A stretch of 64,000 bases of DNA from Acidimicrobiia bacterium (GTDB lineage: Bacteria > Actinomycetota > Acidimicrobiia > Spongiisociales > ZC4RG35): NCBI GenBank assembly GCA_035762545.1, contig DASTOM010000024.1, positions 81,559 through 145,558 on the forward strand. Reading direction: 5' to 3'. The position numbers and the translations under genes were made by a program. Below the pieces are notes generated by a model that was not told where the DNA came from, did no database searches, and saw only the letters and a program-made list of their open reading frames with translations. Shown here one piece after another: positions 8,311 to 17,750 of this stretch (positions are counted from its first letter, which is position 1; every line of letters begins with the position of its first letter).

Positions 8311-8869
8311 GGATCCCCGCCGCCGAGGCTGCCTGGCGATACCAGACGGCCAGAGAGTCGATGGTCTCGTGGGCGTTGAGGCCACTGGGATTGGGCACCA
8401 CCCACAGTGAGGCACCTTCGATACCCGTCGGCTGACGGCCCAGGTCAGCGGCCCGATCCCCGAACGCCTCTCGGTAGGCCGTGACACCCGCCACGGCGAC
8501 CACCGCCGGGCCGACCTCTGCGACAGTGCGCAGCAGGCGCCCAGCACCGGCGCGCAGCTCCTCGCGGCTCAACTCCGAGGCGCGGACCGTGGCACGTTCC
8601 ACGAGATTGGAGATTCCGATGCCACGATCGGTGAGTGCCTGCCGCTGCTCATCGGACATTCCCGTGTCGGTGTCCACCTCCCAGTCGATCAGCCCGACGC
8701 GGCGGAGGGCCGGATAGAACCGATTGGAAGGGTGACAGAAATGGGTCTGCGTCGCCGCGGTCCACAAACCTGGGTTGATTCCCACGAAGAGCAGTCGGCA
8801 GTCGGCGCCTATCAGGTCAGGGACTCTGGCGTCACGGAAGCTCTCCAACTCCTGCTTGGTGAAGCCCAC
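8306..8869 (-). CDS. mug: G/U mismatch-specific DNA glycosylase (Mug/TDG family)
   Basis: LLFVGINPG and NPSGLNAHE motifs characteristic of the Mug/TDG uracil-DNA glycosylase family. Confidence 0.8.
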   Translation of the reverse strand: MGFTKQELESFRDARVPDLIGADCRLLFVGINPGLWTAATQTHFCHPSNRFYPALRRVGLIDWEVDTDTGMSDEQRQALTDRGIGISNLVERATVRASELSREELRAGAGRLLRTVAEVGPAVVAVAGVTAYREAFGDRAADLGRQPTGIEGASLWVVPNPSGLNAHETIDSLAVWYRQAASAAGIL

Positions 8870-8899
8870 AGGTCGATATCTAGGCTCGCCGCCCGAGCA

Positions 8900-9514
8900 C
8901 TACTTCTTCTGGCTCTGGTAGTACGGGTCCTCGCCCGAAGCATGGTCGGTGACGTCTACGACCTGGCTCAACTCCGGGATCGACTCGAGGATGATGCGTT
9001 CGATGCCCTGCTTCAGCGTCACCTGAGCGAGACCACAGCCCTGACAGCCACCGAACAGACGGAGATAGGCAATCGTGCCGTCGATGGAGACGAGCTCGGC
9101 ACCTCCGCCGTGGGAGGCGATGGCGGGATTCACCTGCTCTTGGAGGACCTGTTGCACCCTGTCCACAAGCGGACCTTCGAGGTCTCCTGCGGGCGCCGTC
9201 ATGGCCGGTGGCGCCGGGGAGTTGGGGTTGTTCATCGCCAGGCCCTGATCGGTCAACTCCAGGGCAGCGCCATCGAGCTTGCCCCGGTCGGCCTTGGGGA
9301 AGATCACTGCGAGCCCGCCGTGGCGTTCCTCTGTCCAGTTCTCGGCCTTGTCGGCCAGAGGGACGAATGCCAGCTCATAGGAGAACTGCGGGCCCCGGAA
9401 ACCGGTCACCTCGATAGAGAGGGCGAACTCACCGTCGCCCTCCTCGTTGTCTCGGAGCTGAAGGATCATCTCGAGAGCGTCAGGCGCGATGCTCAGAACC
9501 GTGGGATCAGACAT
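8900..9514 (-). CDS. nfuA: Fe-S cluster biogenesis protein NfuA-like (IscA-like N-domain plus Nfu C-domain)
   Basis: C-terminal NifU-like CxxC motif GGCQGC. N-terminal HesB-like domain. Start at MSDPTV. Confidence 0.65.
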   Translation of the reverse strand: MSDPTVLSIAPDALEMILQLRDNEEGDGEFALSIEVTGFRGPQFSYELAFVPLADKAENWTEERHGGLAVIFPKADRGKLDGAALELTDQGLAMNNPNSPAPPAMTAPAGDLEGPLVDRVQQVLQEQVNPAIASHGGGAELVSIDGTIAYLRLFGGCQGCGLAQVTLKQGIERIILESIPELSQVVDVTDHASGEDPYYQSQKK

Positions 9515-9568
9515 CTGACACAATGGTAGTCAGAGCCGTTTTCAACCCCCATACGCCCAAGACCCACC

Positions 9569-10771
9569 ATGCCGCGCGTCGTCGTAATCCTCCCCACCAG
9601 AACCTACCGGGCGTCGGACTTCGTATCGGCGGCCGCCACGAGCGGGATCGACCTCGTGGTTGCATCGGAGGCCCAACCACCGATCGACATGGGCGATCGC
9701 TATCTGCGCATCGATTGTGGGGACCCTTTGGCGGCCGCAGAGGAGATCGCCATGCTCGGTGACCGTATCGGCATCGACGCGGTCGTTGCTGCCGACGACA
9801 CCGGGGTGGTGACCGCTGCTCGGGCCAACGTACTACTCGGTCTGTCCGGAAATCCGCCGGATGCGGCCGAAGCAACCCGAGACAAGCTGACCATGCGTCG
9901 CCGTCTCGCTTCGTCGGAAATCCTCCAACCTCGCTTTCAGGCGATAGACCCCGAAACCGATCCGCTCGATCTGGTCGAACAGATCGGTTTCCCGATGGTC
10001 ATCAAACCGAGGCACCGCTCGGCGAGCCAAGGGGTCATTCGTGTGGACCGGCCCGAGGATCTGACGGAAACGATCGAGCGGGTGCGCGAGATCGCCGGCG
10101 ACGACACGACACTCATCGCCGAGGAGTACCTGCACGGTTCCGAGGTCGCCGTTGAGGGTCTGGTCACCAACGGTGAGCTCAGCGTACTGGCCGTGTTCGA
10201 CAAACCTGACACATCTTCGGGCCCTTACTTTCCCGAGACGATCTTCGTGACACCAAGCCGGCTCGAGGAAGCGGACCTCGCCGAAGTGGAACGGGTGGCG
10301 GGTGCGGCCGTTCGCGGCCTGGGGTTGGCACGTGGGCCCGTTCACATCGAGATGAGGGTCGATCGAGGAAGGGCGAGGCTGATCGAGGTGGCGGCGCGGT
10401 CGATCGGTGGCCTTTGCTCCCGCAGCCTCAACTTTGGTCTGATGGGGACCACGCTCGAGTCGTTGATCTTGTCCAACGCCCTGGGAACGGGCCCACGAGC
10501 CCCGGCACGTCAGCCGGTGGCCACCGGGGTCCTGATGATCCCGACCCCGGCCACAGGTATTCTGAGAAACGTCGCCGGCGAGGAAGAGGTCCGTCAGATC
10601 CCTGGTGTCACCGGTGTCGACCTCACCATGGTCCCGGGTGACCTGGTGGTGGCGCCACCAGAAGGTGAGCGATATCTCGGGTTTGTCTACGCACGTGGTG
10701 AGCTCCCGGATCAAGTGGAATCGGCCCTGAGAAAGGCGATGGACGTCCTTGAAGTTCAACTTGAGGGTTAG
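9569..10771 (+). CDS. ATP-grasp domain protein
   Basis: Pre-ATP-grasp plus ATP-grasp organisation with motifs FPMVIKP and EEYLHGSEVAVEGLV and HIEMRV. Confidence 0.7.
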   Translation: MPRVVVILPTRTYRASDFVSAAATSGIDLVVASEAQPPIDMGDRYLRIDCGDPLAAAEEIAMLGDRIGIDAVVAADDTGVVTAARANVLLGLSGNPPDAAEATRDKLTMRRRLASSEILQPRFQAIDPETDPLDLVEQIGFPMVIKPRHRSASQGVIRVDRPEDLTETIERVREIAGDDTTLIAEEYLHGSEVAVEGLVTNGELSVLAVFDKPDTSSGPYFPETIFVTPSRLEEADLAEVERVAGAAVRGLGLARGPVHIEMRVDRGRARLIEVAARSIGGLCSRSLNFGLMGTTLESLILSNALGTGPRAPARQPVATGVLMIPTPATGILRNVAGEEEVRQIPGVTGVDLTMVPGDLVVAPPEGERYLGFVYARGELPDQVESALRKAMDVLEVQLEG

Positions 10772-10821
10772 GTCTTACGCGCGCCATCGCGTGTAAGACG
10801 ATTTTGTCATTTGATAGACCC

Positions 10822-11493
10822 ATGGAAACGATCCTGATTTTCGCCGGAGGCGACTCGATCAGCGGCTCGCTGAGCGATGAGATGCCCGAAGCCGACCTGG
10901 TCGTGGCGGCCGACTCGGGGTATGACCTGGCGGTTAGGGAAGGATTCGTCGTCGACGTGCTCATCGGCGATATGGACTCGATTCAGAGCGAGGTCATCCC
11001 CAATCACGTGATCGTCGAGCACCATCCGGCCGACAAATCGGCGACGGACCTCGAACTGGCCCTCGATCGGGTCGTCGCCGAGCGACCGGCTCGTGTTGTC
11101 ATCGTGGGTGGCGCCGGCGGCCGGGTCGACCACGAGCTGGCCGGGGCGGCACTGATCACCAGCGAACGCTGGGAGGAGATAGACGAGATCGACTGGGTGA
11201 CCGACCGGGCTTGGTCATACGTGGTGCGGAAGCGGAGGATCATCCACGGCGACGTGGGGGCCACGATCAGCCTCATCCCGATGGGCGGCCCGGCGACCGG
11301 GGTGACTACCGGCGGTCTCCACTGGCCGCTCGACAACGCCACCCTCCCCCACGGGACCACCCATGGGGTGTCCAACCTGTTCAGTGGACCGGTGGCAGAC
11401 ATCCGCGTCTCCGGCGGTTGCCTGCTCGTGGTGGTGCCGGCTAACCGCCCAGACCGTCGAGCACAGCCGGATGGAGAGCTTCGTAGCCGGTGA
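10822..11493 (+). CDS. Thiamine pyrophosphokinase
   Basis: Catalytic motif VLIGDMDS (GDxDS) and VVIVGGAGGRVDH. Start at METILIF. Confidence 0.6.
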   Translation: METILIFAGGDSISGSLSDEMPEADLVVAADSGYDLAVREGFVVDVLIGDMDSIQSEVIPNHVIVEHHPADKSATDLELALDRVVAERPARVVIVGGAGGRVDHELAGAALITSERWEEIDEIDWVTDRAWSYVVRKRRIIHGDVGATISLIPMGGPATGVTTGGLHWPLDNATLPHGTTHGVSNLFSGPVADIRVSGGCLLVVVPANRPDRRAQPDGELRSR

Positions 11494-12973
11494 GGTACTC
11501 GACCCGCTCCTTCTTGAGTCGGGCCACAGTCGCCTCGTATTCCTCCAGACGGTCGAGTCGCTCGTACAGGCGACGGGGTTGGAGGAGTTCGATGTCGTCG
11601 ACACCGGGGACCGATTCGGCGACGTCGTAACCGAAGTCCTGATCGGTCCGCCATTCGATGGTGCCCTCGACGATCGCCTGAACGATCGCCGAAGAGTCAA
11701 CGATCCGAACCTTCTTCGAGTCGGCGCTCTCACCGCCAACGGTTCCGGTGTTGAGAACGAACGCCTCCAGATCGGGCATGGTCTTCAGCAGATCGAGCAG
11801 CCGGTTGCCCTGGAGTGCATCGTCGTCGAAGAAGAACGGATTGGTTCCAGGAACACGCAGGCTCTTACCCGCTTCCGCAGCACCGCCCGCCGACGTGCCC
11901 TTGGTCTCACCCAGCATGAAGTAGGCCGGGATCTGGTCGCGGTTGAGCCGGGCCACCGCCGGGATCACGTGGTCAGACCGGTTGAGGATCAGCAGGTATC
12001 GGGCAGGAGGAACGTTCTTCGGATCGCGGTGGCGAATGTTGGCCAGCGGGAACGTGCAGCGGCCATTGGCCGTGTACGAGGTGTCGAAGAAGTCGACGGA
12101 GCCGTCCTCGGCCACAGCGACGTTCTCGAGCCAGGCGTCGGACCTCGTCGTGCCGCCGTAGATGGTGGGCTCGTCCTCGGGATCGAGGCCATAGGTCTTG
12201 GCGAAACAGCCTGCTTCGGTTGTGTGGATAACGCCCCCCGGCATGATGGCGACGAAGTCGTCCTGGACCGGAAGCGAGCCGATCTGTTGACGGAATGTCG
12301 TGGTCGTCTTGCCGGTACCGGAGAGGCCGATGATGAGCATCGACTCCTCATGCCCGCTGCGGGTCGACTCGGCGGGATACGTCTTGAGCCCGGCATGGCA
12401 GGCGAGACCACCCTCGTCGAAGACGAGACGGTTCCACATTCGCAGACCGCCCATCTTCGACTCGCCGAAGTAGTCAGAGCCGATCACCCTGGTGACCCAG
12501 TTGTCTAGGTCGACGATGATCAGCCGATCGTCCGGCTTACCGGGCGCAGGCAACGTTGGTGTGTAGATGACAGTGAACTCCGGCTGCCAGGCATCGTCGG
12601 TGGGGAAGTACAGGTGGCTTTGCATAGCGGCGATGTTTGGCTGAACAGCCTCGATGAACAGCCGGCATCCGGTGCGGAAGTCGGGGTCCGGGCCGATGTA
12701 CCCCTGAATGAGCAACATGTCCTGGTCGGCGATGTGGGCATCCTGGCGTGCTGCCCATTCCCCCGCTTCGGCCCTCGAGATCCGGTTCTGATGGATTTCG
12801 GTGTCCGAGACGAAGAACGTGGAGTTCTTCAACCGGGCGGTGACCAGAGCCTGGTAGTTGATGTTGCCGTATTCGGTCTCTGTCACCCTCGGCATGAGAG
12901 TGAGTGCTAGTTCGCGAAGGCGCGCCGGAGACGGATCGCTCTCGACGGTACGGGCAGCAGGCAGTTCGATCAT
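11441..12973 (-). CDS. pckA: Phosphoenolpyruvate carboxykinase (ATP)
   Basis: Kinase-1a P-loop GLSGTGKTT. Conserved PEPCK-ATP blocks FFGESKMGG and TANGRCTFP. Confidence 0.9.
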   Translation of the reverse strand: MIELPAARTVESDPSPARLRELALTLMPRVTETEYGNINYQALVTARLKNSTFFVSDTEIHQNRISRAEAGEWAARQDAHIADQDMLLIQGYIGPDPDFRTGCRLFIEAVQPNIAAMQSHLYFPTDDAWQPEFTVIYTPTLPAPGKPDDRLIIVDLDNWVTRVIGSDYFGESKMGGLRMWNRLVFDEGGLACHAGLKTYPAESTRSGHEESMLIIGLSGTGKTTTTFRQQIGSLPVQDDFVAIMPGGVIHTTEAGCFAKTYGLDPEDEPTIYGGTTRSDAWLENVAVAEDGSVDFFDTSYTANGRCTFPLANIRHRDPKNVPPARYLLILNRSDHVIPAVARLNRDQIPAYFMLGETKGTSAGGAAEAGKSLRVPGTNPFFFDDDALQGNRLLDLLKTMPDLEAFVLNTGTVGGESADSKKVRIVDSSAIVQAIVEGTIEWRTDQDFGYDVAESVPGVDDIELLQPRRLYERLDRLEEYEATVARLKKERVEYLTGYEALHPAVLDGLGG

Positions 12974-13024
12974 GTCCTCCTCGCACTCCCTGGGTGAGCC
13001 GAGGAGGGTAATAGCTCGATGGGC

Positions 13025-13966
13025 CTACCCGGACGGGCCGTACTCGGCCGGCATCGGGAGGCCTTTCATCCCGGCCAGCAGATTGTCCACGGCTAGGTTG
13101 GCCATGGCGTGCCGGGTTCGCACTGACGCCGAGGCGATATGTGGCACTACCAGGCAGTTCTCGTACCGGAGAAGCGGGTGATCCGCCGGCAACGGCTCGG
13201 GATCGGTCACGTCGAGGGCGACCCCGGCGATCCCATCGCGTTCCAGGGCCGACACGAGATCGTCAGTGACGACAACAGGCCCTCGGGCCACATTGACCAG
13301 ATAGGCGGTCGATTTCATCGCGGCGAGCTGCTCAGCCCCGATGAGGCCCCTCGTGCTGTCGTCGAGTTTGGTGCAGAGCACGACATGATCGCTGCGGCCG
13401 AGAAGTTCCTCGAGATCGACCTGCTCCCACGGGCCGTCGACCGGCTGAGGCGAGGTGTAGATCACCTCCATGTCGAACCCCGAGGCGCGACGAGCCACCG
13501 CCTGACCGATCCGACCCATCCCGACCACGCCGAGAACCGTCCCGTGCAGGTCGCCTCCGGCGAGGTGGAAGATCTCCCATGGGCCCCACTCCCCTGCCCT
13601 TACCTCGCGTTCGCCCTCGGGGAGGCGGCGGACGATGGCGGCCAGGAGTGCGAAGGCCGAGTCGGCGACTGTCTCGGTCAGCACGTCAGGCGTGTGCCCG
13701 AGCTTGATCCCCCGTCGTTGGCACGCTGCCACGTCGATGTTGTCGACCCCGACGGCCATCTGTGAGACGATCTCCAACCGAGGAGCCTTTTCCAGGAGCG
13801 ACTCGTCGATCCGGTCGGTCAACATGCAGAGCAGTCCACGGGCCCCGGCGACTCCGGCGATCAATTCACGTTCGGGCACCGGCCCGTCACCCTCCCACAC
13901 ATCGATCTCGAACCCTTCGAGGCGGGCGAGACCCGGGATGAGCTTGGTCACATAGATGCGGTCCAC
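13025..13966 (-). CDS. D-isomer-specific 2-hydroxyacid dehydrogenase (glyoxylate/hydroxypyruvate reductase-like)
   Basis: NAD-binding GVVGMGRIGQAVARR. Catalytic R/E/H region VNVARGPVV...PHIASAS. Confidence 0.85.
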   Translation of the reverse strand: MDRIYVTKLIPGLARLEGFEIDVWEGDGPVPERELIAGVAGARGLLCMLTDRIDESLLEKAPRLEIVSQMAVGVDNIDVAACQRRGIKLGHTPDVLTETVADSAFALLAAIVRRLPEGEREVRAGEWGPWEIFHLAGGDLHGTVLGVVGMGRIGQAVARRASGFDMEVIYTSPQPVDGPWEQVDLEELLGRSDHVVLCTKLDDSTRGLIGAEQLAAMKSTAYLVNVARGPVVVTDDLVSALERDGIAGVALDVTDPEPLPADHPLLRYENCLVVPHIASASVRTRHAMANLAVDNLLAGMKGLPMPAEYGPSG

Positions 13967-14017
13967 CGGCAGATGAGGCTAAACGGTACGGGAGATGCCA
14001 CCGATAACATCCCGGAC

Positions 14018-14809
14018 ATGCGGCGCGGGACAACCCTCATCGCGGCACTCATGCTGCTGACGGCATGCGGCCAGGCGGCTACCGAGCCGCCGGACCCCGG
14101 GATCCCGGAACCGCAGGTGGAACCGGTTCGGGACGATCCCCCCGTCGGCGATCCCGCCCCCCTCGAAACCCGACCCGTCTGGGAGGGGTTCGAAGCCACT
14201 CGACACGCCGATCCGACCCTCGTAGCGATGGCTCACGGCCCCGTCGACGTCTATGCCAGCACCGAGGACACCGCTCCGATGACGACGATCGATCCGGCGA
14301 CGATCCTGGGCACGGTGACGGTCCTCGGAGTGGTCTCCGCGCCAAGCGATGGCTGGGTCGAGGTGATGCTTCCGATCAGGCCGAACGGAACGACCGGATG
14401 GGCGCGGGCCGACGAGTTGTCGTTCTACGTCGCGGACAGCCGGATCGTCGTCGACCTCGGTGACAGGCGACTCACCTACATCGTGGACGGAGACGAGGTG
14501 CTGTCCACCGAAGTGGGCATCGGCAGCGATCACAACGAGACCCCGGTCGGCGAGTTCTTCGTCACCGACCTGGTCACGGTGACCACGGCCAACAGCCCGT
14601 GGGGCCCTCACGCACTGGGACTGTCCGCCCGATCAGACACGATCACCGAGTTCAACGGTGGTGACGGAATCATCGGCATACACGGCACCGACAATCCCTC
14701 CTCCATCGGCGGGAGCATCTCCCTGGGTTGCGTACGGCTCCCCAACGAGATCATCACCGAGCTCTATGCGATGGTGCCCCTGGGCACGCGTGTCGAGGTC
14801 AGGGCCTGA
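14018..14809 (+). CDS. L,D-transpeptidase (YkuD domain) lipoprotein
   Basis: Lipobox LLTACG. YkuD catalytic motif HGTDNPSSIGGSISLGCVRL (His/Cys). Confidence 0.8.
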   Translation: MRRGTTLIAALMLLTACGQAATEPPDPGIPEPQVEPVRDDPPVGDPAPLETRPVWEGFEATRHADPTLVAMAHGPVDVYASTEDTAPMTTIDPATILGTVTVLGVVSAPSDGWVEVMLPIRPNGTTGWARADELSFYVADSRIVVDLGDRRLTYIVDGDEVLSTEVGIGSDHNETPVGEFFVTDLVTVTTANSPWGPHALGLSARSDTITEFNGGDGIIGIHGTDNPSSIGGSISLGCVRLPNEIITELYAMVPLGTRVEVRA

Positions 14810-14812
14810 CGA

Positions 14813-15672
14813 TCAATCGCGGGTCGCGACCAGCCCGTGAGAGAGCACCGTCTGCTCCCGCTCCCGGGTCGTGGTCTCCACCATTATGGCTTCGTCCGTT
14901 TCCCAGATCTGGCTGACGAGGGTCTCACCGGGAAAGACGTGGCCGGAGAATCGTGCCGATATCGATCCGACCTGTTCGGCCTCTCCACCCAAGGCGGCCT
15001 CGATCACGGCGAGGGTGACGACTCCGTATGTGCAGAGACCGTGGAGGATCGGACGCCCGAAACCGGCGACAGCCGCGAAGGCGGGATCGGCGTGAAGCGG
15101 GTTCTTGTCACCCGAGGCCATCCGGTAGAGGAGCGCTTGCTGGGGCAAGGTCGGTGACTCCACCACGTGGTCGGGCGCACGATCAGGCGGGCCTTTCGGT
15201 GCCGACGCACCCCTGTCTCCGCCGAACCCGCCCTCTCCTCGAACGTAGACCCCGGAGGTGTTGGTGAACAAAGGGGTATCGGAGCCCTCCAGCGTGGACA
15301 CGACCTCGATAACGAGCAGGGCTCCCCGGCCTTTGTCGAGAACGTCGACGATCCGCCCCGTCTGTTTCACCGACCCGCGGACCGGGATCGGGGAGTGGAT
15401 CTGCAACCTCTGGTCGCCGTGGAGGATCTGCGACAGTTGGATGTCCAGGCCCTCGATGGCCCCGACTCCCATGACCATCGCAAATGGAGGGATCGTCCCG
15501 AAGGCAGGTACGGCCTTGAGCTCGGCCTCGTAGGCATATTCGAGCTGTCTGGGGTCGTCGGGCGGGACACCGGCCCCGACCCCGAGGTTGTAGAGGATGA
15601 CGTCCTCCTCCGACCACGAGAACGTGGTCTCCTCGAGGGTCGCTCCGACTATCCGGTCGACGTCGATCGGCA
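14813..15672 (-). CDS. MaoC-like (R)-specific enoyl-CoA hydratase / double hotdog dehydratase
   Basis: MaoC dehydratase motif DKNPLHADPAFAAVAGFGRPILHG. The ATG at 15672 overlaps the stop of the upstream SDR gene. Confidence 0.8.
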
Positions 15673-16581
15673 TCAGCCGGCCATGACCTGGCCGAGCATC
15701 ATGATCTCCTCGTTGCTGTTGGATGGGATCTGGTACTCGGTCACGTCGCGGATCTCGTCGATGTGTGCAGCGACGTCCTCGGCGGTTGCCACGACTTCGG
15801 GGCCGGCGAACCATCCCTGGTTCACCCCGACGAAAACCCGGCCGTAGCGACCCCCACCGACGGTGAAGATCTCATGGGTGTACGGGTTCTCCTCGGAACA
15901 CAGGAAGACGACCATCGCGGTGACCTGTTCGGGGTCGACGAGATCGGCCATCGGGCCGAGCAGGTCTTCGGTCATCCGGGTCTTGGCGACCGGGGCGATC
16001 GCGTTCGACTTGATGCCGTACTTCGCTCCCTCGATGGCGAGCACGTTGGAGAGACCCATAAGACCAGCCTTGGCGGCCCCGTAGTTGGCCTGTCCGAAGT
16101 TGCCGAAGAGCCCGGACCCCGATGACGTGAACACGAATCGCCCATAGCCCTTCTCCTTCATGATGCTGAAGGCCGGAGACGAGACGTAGAACGCCCCCTT
16201 GAGGTGGACGTCGAGAACTGCCTCGACCTCGGCCATGTTCATGTTGGCGAAAGACTTGTCCCGGAGGATCCCAGCGTTGTTGACGACGATGTCGACGGTG
16301 CCGAATGCGTCGATCGCACTCTGGACGACCGCGGCTCCGCCCTCCTCGGTCGAGACCGAGTCGTAGTTGGCCACGGCTTCACCGCCAGCCTCCCCGATCT
16401 CGGACACGACCACGTCTGCGGCGGACTGGGACGCTCCGGTCCCATCCACCGATCCCCCGAGGTCGTTGACCACGACCCGGGCCCCGCGTCGGGCCAGATC
16501 GAGGGCATAGGTCTTGCCGAGGCCGCCACCGGCTCCGGTGACGATCGCGACGCGACCATCGAAAGTGATTTGTTCAGTCAT
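15673..16581 (-). CDS. SDR family oxidoreductase (3-hydroxyacyl-CoA dehydrogenase type, MFE-2 N-domain-like)
   Basis: TGAGGGLGK Rossmann motif, NNAG, catalytic YGAAK. Confidence 0.85.
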   Translation of the reverse strand: MTEQITFDGRVAIVTGAGGGLGKTYALDLARRGARVVVNDLGGSVDGTGASQSAADVVVSEIGEAGGEAVANYDSVSTEEGGAAVVQSAIDAFGTVDIVVNNAGILRDKSFANMNMAEVEAVLDVHLKGAFYVSSPAFSIMKEKGYGRFVFTSSGSGLFGNFGQANYGAAKAGLMGLSNVLAIEGAKYGIKSNAIAPVAKTRMTEDLLGPMADLVDPEQVTAMVVFLCSEENPYTHEIFTVGGGRYGRVFVGVNQGWFAGPEVVATAEDVAAHIDEIRDVTEYQIPSNSNEEIMMLGQVMAG

Positions 16582-16600
16582 GTATCGCTCCGTGTGTTGA

Positions 16601-17665
16601 TCAGAGACCGAGGGACTTGCCGATGATCTCTTTCATGATCTCGGTGGTGCCCCCGTAGATGGTCTGCACCCTTGCGTCCCGGAAGGCCCGGGCGATCGGG
16701 TATTCCTCCATGTAGCCCCAACCACCGAACAGTTGCAGGCACCGTGTCATCACGCTGTTCTCGAGCTCGGTCACCCACCACTTCGCCTTGGCCGCCTCTT
16801 CGGCGGTGAGCTCCCCGGCATTGAGGGCGATGATCTGCGAATCGACGTAAGTCTGGGCGATGTCGAGCTCGGTTCGCATCTCGGCCATGGTGTGCTTGAC
16901 AGTCTGGAAACCACCAATCGGCCGGCCGAACGCCTGACGCTCCTTCACGTACTCGAGCGTCCAATCGAAGGCGGTCTGGGCGTGGGCGATCGATCCCGTC
17001 GTCAGCGAGAGCCTCTCCTGTGGGAGGTTGTGGACCAGATGTAGAAAGCCTTTGCCTTCCTCCCCGAGGAGATTGGATGCCGGCACTCGGACGTCATCGA
17101 AGAAGAGCTCCGCCGTGTCCTGGGCGTGAAGCCCGATCTTCTCGAGATTGCGGCCCCGGGTGAACCCCTCCATCCCGTCCTCGATGACGAGGAGGCTCAT
17201 CCCGGTGTGTCGTTGGCTCGGATCCGTCTTGACGGCGGTAACGACGAGGTCGGAGTTGATTCCGTTGGTGATGAAGGTCTTCGAGCCGTTTACGACATAG
17301 GTATCGCCGTCCCGGATAGCCGTCGTCTGTATCCCGGCGAGGTCGGACCCCGCACCTGGCTCGGTCATGGCTATGGCGGTCATCAGCTCGCCTGATGCCA
17401 GACCCGGGAACCACCTTTCCTGCTGCTCTTCATTGCTGAGCTCGAGGAAGTACGGGAGAACGACGTCGTTGTGGAGCGTGATGCACATCCCCGAGGCGAA
17501 CGCATCGGCCCGCATCATCTCCTCGACGATCACGGCGTTGAAACGGAAGTCGTCGACACCTCCGCCACCGTGCTCCTCCGGGACGGCCATCCCGAGCAAG
17601 CCGGACTGACCGGCCTTGCGGAACATCTCCTTGTCGACCTTGCCCGCGGCCTCCCATTTGGCCAC
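16601..17665 (-). CDS. Acyl-CoA dehydrogenase
   Basis: Full ACAD three-domain signature including the C-terminal IYGGTTEIMKEIIG. The conserved N-terminus (DLTREIFDADHDLFRESVREFVAREVVP) continues in frame upstream of the listed GTG start up to the fadD stop, so the true start is uncertain (see findings). Confidence 0.85.
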   Translation of the reverse strand: MAKWEAAGKVDKEMFRKAGQSGLLGMAVPEEHGGGGVDDFRFNAVIVEEMMRADAFASGMCITLHNDVVLPYFLELSNEEQQERWFPGLASGELMTAIAMTEPGAGSDLAGIQTTAIRDGDTYVVNGSKTFITNGINSDLVVTAVKTDPSQRHTGMSLLVIEDGMEGFTRGRNLEKIGLHAQDTAELFFDDVRVPASNLLGEEGKGFLHLVHNLPQERLSLTTGSIAHAQTAFDWTLEYVKERQAFGRPIGGFQTVKHTMAEMRTELDIAQTYVDSQIIALNAGELTAEEAAKAKWWVTELENSVMTRCLQLFGGWGYMEEYPIARAFRDARVQTIYGGTTEIMKEIIGKSLGL

Positions 17666-17750
17666 GTTGGGGACGACCTCCCGGGCTACGAACTCCCGGA
17701 CGCTCTCTCGAAAGAGGTCATGATCGGCGTCGAAGATCTCTCGAGTCAGG